This document shows, piece after piece, positions 43,630 to 51,474 of a stretch of 64,000 nt of DNA. Below the pieces are notes generated by a model. That model did no database searches. It was not told the DNA's origin and saw only the letters and a program-made list of their open reading frames with translations. Position numbers and translations under genes: made by a program. Origin of the DNA: an uncultured delta proteobacterium (lineage in GTDB: Bacteria > Myxococcota_A > UBA9160 > SZUA-336); contig CAVPHD010000004.1 of the NCBI GenBank assembly GCA_963704165.1, forward strand, positions 480,001 through 544,000, in the 5' to 3' direction. Position 1 is the first letter of the stretch. Every line of letters begins with the position of its first letter.

Positions 43630-44436
43630 ATCGCGCGCCGGGGTTTCCTCGCCGGGCCGGACGTCCTCCGGCGCGGCTTCGCATTGCTGCGCGGCGAACC
43701 TTCGCTCTGGCCCTGGGCCGCGCTTCCCCTCTTGTTGAACCTGACGGCGTTCGGGCTGGCGATCTGGGCGTTCGTCGCGAACCTCGACGGGATCGCGGCG
43801 CCGCTCGAGCGCGCGCTCGACCCCGGCGAGCCGGCGGAAGTCTGGGGTTGGATCTGGGCCGGGCCGCTGCTCGTGCTCGCGTTCCTGGCGCGATGGTTTC
43901 TGCTCGCGGTGCTCGGCGTCGCGATCTACTTCCTGTTCACGGTTCTCGGCGGCGTCGTCGCGGCCCCATTTCTCGACGTGCTCTCCGAACGGGTCGAGCA
44001 GATCGTGACGGGTGCGTCTCCGCGCGCGGACTCCACGCTCGCGGATTTCGTTCGCGGCGCGCTCCGCAGCATCGTCGAGGAGGGCAAGCGCGCGGCGTTC
44101 TTCCTGTCGGTGCAGCTCGGGATCCTGCTCTTCGGCCTGATTCCCGGTGTTCAGCCGATCGCCGCTCTCGCGAGTCTCGGCTTCACGTCGCTCTTCCTGC
44201 CACTGGATTACACCGCCTACGCGTTGGATCGGCGCCGAGTCCCGTTCCGGCTGCGGAGGCGATGGATCTTCGGTCACGCGCCCGAGATGCTCGGCTTCGG
44301 TGGTTTCGGAGTCGTGCTCTTCTTCGTGCCCGGCCTCTCGTTCCTCTGCCTGCCGTGGCTCGTGACCTCGGGCACGTTGCTCGCGCTCGACCTCGGCCCG
44401 CCGGACGGGCGAACGGCCGTCACGCCGGGCGAGTGA
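43630..44436 (+). CDS. EI24/CysZ-family membrane protein (start uncertain)
   Basis: AAPFLDVLSERVE, LIPG and LDY motifs, several TMs; the open frame extends upstream of the TTG at 43684 to an ATC at 43630. Confidence 0.85.
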   Translation: MARRGFLAGPDVLRRGFALLRGEPSLWPWAALPLLLNLTAFGLAIWAFVANLDGIAAPLERALDPGEPAEVWGWIWAGPLLVLAFLARWFLLAVLGVAIYFLFTVLGGVVAAPFLDVLSERVEQIVTGASPRADSTLADFVRGALRSIVEEGKRAAFFLSVQLGILLFGLIPGVQPIAALASLGFTSLFLPLDYTAYALDRRRVPFRLRRRWIFGHAPEMLGFGGFGVVLFFVPGLSFLCLPWLVTSGTLLALDLGPPDGRTAVTPGE

Positions 44437-44989
44437 CGCGGTCGGCGATCTTCCGGAACCAGATCGCCTTTGGATTCGCGCTGGCTTCGAACTCGAGCCG
44501 GGCGACCCCGTTCGGGGCCGCGGCGAAGGCGCGTGCGAGCTTGGCGCCCAGACCGACACCGACGAATGTCACCCGCGTCTCGTCGAGCGCCGGGTCGGTG
44601 GCGACGAGCCCGAGCAGTTGCGCGAGGTCGGCCGCGACCTGCGCTTCGATCTCCGGTCGGAGCCGCTTGGCGAGCGCGGTCGTCGTGCCGAGCGCGAGCG
44701 CCGAGAGCTTGTCGCTCTTGCGCGCACCACAGAGCGGCAGGTCGAACGTCACGAGCGCCGCGTGCGCGCACCAGGCCGAAGCGGCGCTTTCGACGAAGGC
44801 GGAGCTCGCGCAGCCATCGGGTCCGGCGAGCAGGATCACCGGGTGGGGACCGCGGCCCGTCGGTCGAACGGTGCACCCGTGCACGCGGTCGCCCCGCGAG
44901 AGCAGACTCCACGCCGTCCTCGCGCCGTCGCGGCGCAGCGCGAGCCCGGGAACGCCCGCGATCGACTTCGACTCGGTCGAGCGGCGCAT
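44420..44989 (-). CDS. Short alpha/beta-hydrolase-like protein lacking the nucleophile Ser
   Basis: GPHPVILLAG, FDLPLCGAR and LDETRVTFVGVGLG (GxSxG replaced by GVGLG). Confidence 0.6.
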   Translation of the reverse strand: MRRSTESKSIAGVPGLALRRDGARTAWSLLSRGDRVHGCTVRPTGRGPHPVILLAGPDGCASSAFVESAASAWCAHAALVTFDLPLCGARKSDKLSALALGTTTALAKRLRPEIEAQVAADLAQLLGLVATDPALDETRVTFVGVGLGAKLARAFAAAPNGVARLEFEASANPKAIWFRKIADRVTRPA

Positions 44990-45726
44990 CAGGCGGCGAG
45001 CCGCTGGCCGAGCCGCTGACAGAGCGCTCGCAGATCCCGGGCCGTCGCGCTCCCGGCTTCGAGCGCGTGCAGCGATTCGCCCCGGAGCAGCAGGCGATAG
45101 CTCGCGGCGTCGCGGGTGAGCCCGCCGAGGAGCTCGATCTCGACCCCGTACTGGCGGCGCGACGCCGCGGCGAGTCGCCCGATCAGCTCCGCAGCAGCCG
45201 CCGGTGAATCGGAGCCGACGACCAGAGCGAGTACGCGCCGGTTCGTGAGCGCCGGAGCGTACTCGCGCAGGAATCCGAGCGTCTTGCCGAGACCCCAGGG
45301 CGCGAGCTCGACCGGAAGCAGCACCGCGTCGAGGCCGTCGGTGGGGATCCGGCCGAGCATCGCCCCAAGCCGTGCCGGACTCTCGATCGCGATCGCCGGC
45401 ACGTCGTCTGGAACCGCGGCGAGCGCTTCGGCCGGATCCTCGCTGATCTGCCACACGACGCCGGGGACGCGCGGCAGCAGGGGAGACGCAGGGAACGAGC
45501 TGATGACGCACGCGCCGTGGGCCTCGGCGATCATGCCGCCGGCGAGCTCGAGCGCGAGCGAACAGGTCAGGGGCCGATCGGGATCCGCGGGCAGGCCGTA
45601 ACGGGCCGCGCGCGACGCCGAAGCCGAACGGGGGCGCTCGCGTGCATCTGCCGCCTCGCGAGCCTCTCTCTGCTCCTCCTCGGAGATGAAGTAATGAAGG
45701 ACGTCTCCGAGGTTCCTGCGCGCCAA
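44989..45726 (-). CDS. Degenerate MinD/FlhG-like protein without a P-loop
   Basis: C-terminal half RLAAASRRQYGVEIELLGGLTRD...SATARDLRALCQRL resembles FlhG/MinD C-termini; no KGGxGK; TTG start at 45726. Confidence 0.55.
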   Translation of the reverse strand: MARRNLGDVLHYFISEEEQREAREAADARERPRSASASRAARYGLPADPDRPLTCSLALELAGGMIAEAHGACVISSFPASPLLPRVPGVVWQISEDPAEALAAVPDDVPAIAIESPARLGAMLGRIPTDGLDAVLLPVELAPWGLGKTLGFLREYAPALTNRRVLALVVGSDSPAAAAELIGRLAAASRRQYGVEIELLGGLTRDAASYRLLLRGESLHALEAGSATARDLRALCQRLGQRLAA

Positions 45727-45740
45727 AGCCGGCTCTCGTG

Positions 45741-46838
45741 CTAGCTGATGATGAGCACCGAGTTTACCCCGCCCGCGGGGCCTTCGACGCGACGGGGATT
45801 GCTCGGGTCCGGCTGCCATTCACCATCGACGAAGTAGCGGTACTGATACACGCCCGGTCCCAGACGCACGACCTTCTCCCAGGTGCCCTTCGGGCCCAGC
45901 CTCGTCTCGACGCCCTGGTCGGGGATCCAGTTGTTGAAGTCGCCCGCGAGCTGGACCTCGCGCACGTTCGGGTTCTTGAACGTGAAGACCACGCCCTTGG
46001 CGGAGGCCGACGCGACCTCGATCGGATCGGGCTGCGGAGCCTTGGGTTTGGCGGGCAGCTGCTCCTCTTCGCGGTCGTACAGGACTTCGAGAGCGAGCGA
46101 CATGTAGTCGACGAATCCGTACGAGCGGCGGTCGAGCTTCGCGATCGGAATCCCGCGCTGCGCCGCTTCGCGCAGGCGCACGTTCGAGCGGATCACCGTG
46201 TCGAAGACGAGGTCCTTGTAGGTCTCGCGGATCTCCGCCAGCGCTCGCTTCGCGAATCGCGTGCGGCCGTCGAAGAGCGTCGGCAGGATGCGGATCTTCA
46301 GCGAGTGGCCGATCCGATCCTCGAGCAGGCCGATCGTCTCGAGCAGCTTGCTCACGCCGTGCATCGAGAAGTAGCTCGTCTCGAGCGGGATGATGACTTC
46401 CTGCGCGGCGCGCAGCGCGTTGAACGTCAGGATCCCGACGTTGGGCGGGCAGTCGATCAGGATGAAGTCGTACTGCTTCTCGAGCTTCGCGATCGCCGCG
46501 GCGAGTCGCTCCGTGCGACCCCTCGCTCCCTCGGCGCCGAGCTTCTGCTCGAGCGCGGAGAGGATCACGCCGGACGGAGCGACGTCGAGGTTCTGCGAGG
46601 CGTTGGTGATCACCTCGTCGAGCTTCGCACCGGCGCCATCCGGTTCCGCCAGCACTTCGTAGAGGTTCTCGTCGACTTCTTCGGGATCGATGCCGAGGCC
46701 GAGCGTGGCGTGCGCCTGCGGATCCATGTCGACCACGAGCACCGCATGACCCTCGGCGGCGAGACATCCCGCGAGACTCACGACGGAGGTGGTCTTGCCG
46801 CAACCACCTTTCTGATTCATGACCGCGATGCAGCGCAT
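45741..46838 (-). CDS. ParA/Soj-family ATPase fused to a C-terminal CBM48/AMPK-beta-type glycogen-binding domain
   Basis: NQKGGCGKTT, DMDPQAHAT, IDCPP, TLFDGRT and IRSNVRLREA; then VVFTF...VQLAGDFNNW...GTWEKVVRLGPGVYQYRYFVDGEWQPDP...NSV. Confidence 0.93.
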   Translation of the reverse strand: MRCIAVMNQKGGCGKTTSVVSLAGCLAAEGHAVLVVDMDPQAHATLGLGIDPEEVDENLYEVLAEPDGAGAKLDEVITNASQNLDVAPSGVILSALEQKLGAEGARGRTERLAAAIAKLEKQYDFILIDCPPNVGILTFNALRAAQEVIIPLETSYFSMHGVSKLLETIGLLEDRIGHSLKIRILPTLFDGRTRFAKRALAEIRETYKDLVFDTVIRSNVRLREAAQRGIPIAKLDRRSYGFVDYMSLALEVLYDREEEQLPAKPKAPQPDPIEVASASAKGVVFTFKNPNVREVQLAGDFNNWIPDQGVETRLGPKGTWEKVVRLGPGVYQYRYFVDGEWQPDPSNPRRVEGPAGGVNSVLIIS

Positions 46839-47040
46839 GCCTGTCCCTCCCCTTTACGAGACAGAGATCCGAACGGGGGCGTGCAACGGCAAGCGAATGA
46901 GCGACAACGGAAGGGGCGGCCTAGCATCCCGCGGATCACGCGTGGATGCTCCGCTCGATTCCGACGAGGCAGATCGCAAGATCTCCCTCAACTCTCCACC
47001 CCCATTCGAACCGAACGAAACGTAGCAGCAGGAGAATCCG

Positions 47041-48000
47041 ATGGCCAACTCCGGACAGCCACACCGGACGAGAATCGGGGTGCTCGACCTGGGCTCGAAC
47101 ACCGTCTTGCTGCTCGTAGCCGATGCCGAGGGCAACGTGATCCGCGACACCGCGCGAATCACGCGTCTCGGCCAGGGAGTCTTCACGAGTTCGGCGCTCG
47201 CGCCCGACGCGATCTCGCGCACACGTGCAGCGATCGCGGAGCTATCAGCGCTGGCTCGCGCGGACGGCGTCGAACGCCTGATCGCCGTCGGCACCGAGGC
47301 GCTTCGCTGCGCACGCGACGGCGCAGACTTCCTTGCGGGGCTGGTGAGCGATGGTGTCGTGGATGCTGCGAGCGTTCTCTCCGGTGAGCAGGAAGCCGAG
47401 GTCGCCGTCGAGGCGACGCGGCAGCGGATCGGCGCGCGGGCCGAATCGCTGGCCGTGATCGACGTGGGCGGTGGCAGTACGGAGATCGCCTGGCGCGCGC
47501 GCGCGGATTCGCCGATCGAGGGGGTCTCGCTACCGCTCGGGAGCGTGCGCCTGACCGAGGCGATGCTGCCGCGTCATCCGGTTCCGGAGTCCGATCTCGA
47601 TCTCGTCCGCGCCGAGGTACGGCGCGCGACGGAGCCGCTCGCACGCGCTCTGCCGAGCGGCCTGCCCGTGGGCGCGGCCGTGGTCGCGGTCGCGGGTACC
47701 GCAACCACGCTCGCCGCGCTCGATCTCGGGCTCGAGCCCTATGACGAAGCGCGGATCGAGGGACTCGAGCTCGACGCGGAGACGCTCGCCACGTGGATCG
47801 AGCGGTTGGCACGGCTCGGTGTCGCCGAGCGCAAGCGACTTCCGGGTCTCGAGGCCGGGCGTGCGGACGTCATCGTCGCCGGCCTGCTCGCGCTCGCCGG
47901 CGTTCTCGAGCGACTTCGCGCGCGGCGCTTTGCGGTGTCGGGCCGGGGTGTACGGCACGGCGTCGCGCTCCGCGTGCTCGCTGGCGAGATGGTCATTTGA
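47041..48000 (+). CDS. Ppx/GppA exopolyphosphatase family
   Basis: LDLGSNT, ITRLGQG, IDVGGGSTE, LGSVRLTE, AGTATT and RADVIVAG. Confidence 0.93.
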   Translation: MANSGQPHRTRIGVLDLGSNTVLLLVADAEGNVIRDTARITRLGQGVFTSSALAPDAISRTRAAIAELSALARADGVERLIAVGTEALRCARDGADFLAGLVSDGVVDAASVLSGEQEAEVAVEATRQRIGARAESLAVIDVGGGSTEIAWRARADSPIEGVSLPLGSVRLTEAMLPRHPVPESDLDLVRAEVRRATEPLARALPSGLPVGAAVVAVAGTATTLAALDLGLEPYDEARIEGLELDAETLATWIERLARLGVAERKRLPGLEAGRADVIVAGLLALAGVLERLRARRFAVSGRGVRHGVALRVLAGEMVI

Positions 48001-48016
48001 TAACGTCCATCGGTCT

Positions 48017-49162
48017 GTGGAACAGACCATCCTCGTCGTCGTCGGTCCGGACGGGCCGCGTCCGTTCATGCGCGGGATCCTGGTGCAATCGCTCGTCTCA
48101 CGCGGCGTGCCATTCGATGTCGCGCTGGAGACCGCGACCGCGATTCGCGACCGCATCGCGGCCAAGCAACAGGTACTCGTCGCCGAGCTCTCGAGCCTCG
48201 TCGACGAGTTGCTCGACGATCGATACGACCTCGACGCGCCCGTCATTGCCGCCATCGCCGAGCCTCCGCGCGTGCTCGAGGAGACGGGATCCGGCAGCCC
48301 GTTCTCGAAGGGGATCCTCGCGGTCTCCCTGATGGGCGCGGGGCTCGAGCCGGATGTCGCGCAGGACGCGGCGCGCGAGATCGAGGCGCGACTTCTTCGC
48401 CAGGGTGTGGCGAACATCGACCGCACGAAGCTCCGCGACCTGGTCGCCGAAACGCTCGAGCGCACGCACGGGGAAGGCCCCGCGAGCCGCTACCGGATCT
48501 GGCGCGCCGCGCGCGACGACGGAAAGCCGAGTCTGGTGCTCCTCGGAGGCGCCACGGGCACGGGCAAGACGTCGATCGCGATCGAGGTCGCGCGACGGCT
48601 CGAGATTCCGCGCGTGATCGGCACCGACTCGATACGTCAGATCATGCGCCTGATGTTCTCTCCGGACCTGATGCCGGAAATCCACTCCTCGACCTTCGAT
48701 GCGCACATCGGAATGCCGCACACGGTCGCGCCCACCGGCGAGCCCGTCGTCGTCGGATTCCGCGAACAGGCACAGAAGATCGCGGTTGGCGTGCACGCGC
48801 TCTTCGATCGAGCCGTCGAGGAGAACACGAGCATGCTGATCGAGGGTGCGAATCTGGTTCCCGGCATGCTCGATCTCGCCCGCTATCGCGAACGCGCCCA
48901 CGTTTCGTTCATCATGACCGGAACGCTCGATCGCGAGGCCTATCGCAGCCGGTTCACTTCTCGCGCTGCCAAGGCGCGCGGCCGTTCGGCCGATCGGTAC
49001 CTGGAGCACTTCGAAGACATCTTGATGATCCAGAACTACCTGCTCGCCGAGGCGGAGCGCCACGAGTTGCCGATCATCGACAATCGGCACTTCGACACCG
49101 CCGTCGTCGCGGTGATCCGATCCGTGATCGCGACCCTGCCGGCCTTGCGACCACAGGCGTAG
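48017..49162 (+). CDS. 2-phosphoglycerate kinase-like P-loop kinase with two ATP-cone-like repeats
   Basis: PFMRGILVQSL and PFSKGILAVSL repeats; GGATGTGKTS, IGTDSIRQIMR, HSSTF and IEG..LVP. Confidence 0.8.
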   Translation: MEQTILVVVGPDGPRPFMRGILVQSLVSRGVPFDVALETATAIRDRIAAKQQVLVAELSSLVDELLDDRYDLDAPVIAAIAEPPRVLEETGSGSPFSKGILAVSLMGAGLEPDVAQDAAREIEARLLRQGVANIDRTKLRDLVAETLERTHGEGPASRYRIWRAARDDGKPSLVLLGGATGTGKTSIAIEVARRLEIPRVIGTDSIRQIMRLMFSPDLMPEIHSSTFDAHIGMPHTVAPTGEPVVVGFREQAQKIAVGVHALFDRAVEENTSMLIEGANLVPGMLDLARYRERAHVSFIMTGTLDREAYRSRFTSRAAKARGRSADRYLEHFEDILMIQNYLLAEAERHELPIIDNRHFDTAVVAVIRSVIATLPALRPQA

Positions 49163-49173
49163 AAGGAGGAAGC

Positions 49174-50022
49174 GTGCCACGAGTGGGAATGCGGCTCTGG
49201 CTCTGCGCGTTCGCGCTCGCGCTCTCCGCCTGCGGGACGCTCAGCGTCCAGGAGGAGAAGCAGATGGGCGCGCAGGCTCAGGCGCAGCTGCGCAAGCAGC
49301 TCACCTTCGTGCGCGATCCCGTCACGGTGAACTACGTGCGGAAATTCGGCGAGAGCCTCGCGGCGGCGGCACGTCCCTCGCCGTTCGAGTTCCGCTTCTA
49401 CGTGGTCGAGGACGAGACGCTGAACGCCTTCGCGATCCCCGGCGGCGCGATGTACGTGAACACCGGGCTGATCCTGGCCGTGGAGAATTCGGCCGAGCTC
49501 GCGGGCGTGCTCTCGCACGAGATGGGGCACGTCACCGCACGCCACGTCGCGCAGATGGCGAACCGCAGCCGCAACACGGGCTTCGTCGCGAACATCTTCT
49601 ACATGCTGGTCGCGATCCTCACCGGAAATCCGTATCTCGCGAACGCGGGTGGACTCGCGGGCTCCGTCGCGGGTCAGGCGTACATCAACACCTACACACG
49701 CGATGCCGAACGCGAGTCGGACGCGCTCGCGGTCGAGACGATGGTGCACGCGGGGTGGAATCCCGAGGCCCTCGTCACGATGTTCGAGACGCTCAAGAAG
49801 GAGTCCGGCGGCTTCAGCGGTCCGCAGTTCCTCTCGAGTCACCCGGCCACGGACGAGCGCATTCAGAACGTCCAGCGTGACATCGCGAAGTATCCAGGCT
49901 CCGACAAGCTGAGGCTCGACGACGGGAAGCTTCCGATCATCCAGGAACGCCTGCGCCTGATCGTCGGCACCGACCGGGAAAAGCCCGCCGACGACGAAGA
50001 GGGTGAAACGGACGACGAGTAG
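49174..50022 (+). CDS. M48 family metalloprotease lipoprotein (BepA-like)
   Basis: Lipobox LSAC, NAFAIPGG, HEMGH, ERESD and FLSSHP. Confidence 0.92.
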   Translation: MPRVGMRLWLCAFALALSACGTLSVQEEKQMGAQAQAQLRKQLTFVRDPVTVNYVRKFGESLAAAARPSPFEFRFYVVEDETLNAFAIPGGAMYVNTGLILAVENSAELAGVLSHEMGHVTARHVAQMANRSRNTGFVANIFYMLVAILTGNPYLANAGGLAGSVAGQAYINTYTRDAERESDALAVETMVHAGWNPEALVTMFETLKKESGGFSGPQFLSSHPATDERIQNVQRDIAKYPGSDKLRLDDGKLPIIQERLRLIVGTDREKPADDEEGETDDE

Positions 50023-50077
50023 TGTTCCGGCGTACAATTGGATCGCTGCACGGGACTGCAGCCGGAGGCGCGAGAGA

Positions 50078-51472
50078 GTGGGACGACCTGGACGGCTCGG
50101 CGAGCTCAAGGCGTCGGGCTACCGATCGCGCAGCGTGCGCGAGGAACTGCGCGCGAACCTGATCGCGCGGATTCGCAAAGGACAGCCGCTCTTCCCGGAC
50201 ATGATCGGGTACGCGACCTCGGTCGTGCCCGCGATCGAGAGCGCGATCCTCGCCGGCCACGACATGATCTATCTCGGCGAGCGCGGGCAGGGCAAGAGCA
50301 AGATGATCCGCAAGCTCGTCGAGCTGCTCGACGACGTCGTACCGATCATCGCGGGCAGCGAGGTCAACGACGATCCGCTCGCGCCGATCAGCCGCTACGG
50401 ACGCGATCGGATCGAGAAGGAAGGCGACGCGACGCCGATCGAATGGATCGAGCGCGAAGCCCGCTACGGCGAGAAGCTCGCCACTCCCGACGTCTCGATC
50501 GCCGACCTGATCGGCGAGATCGACCCGATCCGCGTCGCCGAAGGCCGCTACCTCGCAGACGAATCCACGATCCACTACGGGCTGATTCCGCGCACCAATC
50601 GCGGGGTCTTCTGCATCAACGAGCTGCCCGATCTGGCGGAGAAGGTTCAGGTGGGGCTCTTCAACGTGATGGAGGAGCGCGACTTCCAGGTGAAGGGATT
50701 CAAGGTGCGGCTGCCGCTCGACGTGCTCGTGGTCGCGAGCGCGAATCCCGAGGACTACACGCGACGGGGTCGCATCATCACCCCGCTCAAGGACCGCTAT
50801 CAGGCGCAGATCCGCACGCACTACCCGCCCACGCGCGAGCTCGAGATCGAGGTGATGAAGCAGGAGCGGCGCAAGCCGCTCACCGAGGCCGTGCCGCTTT
50901 GGACACCCGGCTTCCTCGAGCAGATCGTCGCCGAGCTCACCATCCAGGCGCGCCAGAGCGTCGACATCAGCCAGGTTTCCGGCGTGTCGGTGCGCGCTTC
51001 GATCGCGAACTACGAGACGCTGCTCGCCGCCGCGGAACGCCGCGCGCTCAGGCTCGGCGAGGACGAGGCGGTTCCGCGCCTCACCGATCTGCCCGGGCTT
51101 CGCGCATCGATGGGCGGCAAGGTCGAGCTCGAGTACGCCGGCACCGACAAGACCGAGTCCGAGATCCTGGAAAACCTGGTGCGCCGCGCGGTGCTCGAGG
51201 TCTTCACCGAGATGTGTTCCTCGTTCGATCTCGATGCGGTCGTGCGCGCGTTCGACGACGGTTGGAAGGTCGAGGTCGGCGACGAGCTGCCGGCGAGCGA
51301 GTACGCCGAAGGTCTCGACAACATCGCGGGCCTGCGCAAGGCGGTCGAAGAGCTCGGCTGCGGACAGAGCCCGGCGCGGATCGCGGCCGCGGTCGAGTTC
51401 GTCCTCGAGGGCCTGCACCTCGCGAATCGGCTCAATCGCGAGATCTCGGGCGACCGCGTCGTCTACGGATAG
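50078..51472 (+). CDS. Mg-chelatase ChlI/MoxR-like AAA+ ATPase
   Basis: LGERGQGKS, EKLATPD, INELPDL and SANPEDYT.RGRIITPLKDR. Confidence 0.88.
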   Translation: MGRPGRLGELKASGYRSRSVREELRANLIARIRKGQPLFPDMIGYATSVVPAIESAILAGHDMIYLGERGQGKSKMIRKLVELLDDVVPIIAGSEVNDDPLAPISRYGRDRIEKEGDATPIEWIEREARYGEKLATPDVSIADLIGEIDPIRVAEGRYLADESTIHYGLIPRTNRGVFCINELPDLAEKVQVGLFNVMEERDFQVKGFKVRLPLDVLVVASANPEDYTRRGRIITPLKDRYQAQIRTHYPPTRELEIEVMKQERRKPLTEAVPLWTPGFLEQIVAELTIQARQSVDISQVSGVSVRASIANYETLLAAAERRALRLGEDEAVPRLTDLPGLRASMGGKVELEYAGTDKTESEILENLVRRAVLEVFTEMCSSFDLDAVVRAFDDGWKVEVGDELPASEYAEGLDNIAGLRKAVEELGCGQSPARIAAAVEFVLEGLHLANRLNREISGDRVVYG

Positions 51473-51474
51473 CG

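Noticed and set aside
45741..46838. Chromosome or plasmid partition locus
   Set aside because: No parB, parS palindrome or rep gene seen; C-terminal carbohydrate-binding domain present
46923..46950. Hairpin AGCATCC-CGCG...CGCG-T-GGATGCT in the ParA/Ppx intergenic region
   Set aside because: Single imperfect stem with no U-tract or second copy; cannot assign a function
50610..50640. Walker B INE instead of DE in the second AAA ATPase
   Set aside because: INELPDL is, to my knowledge, normal for this subfamily
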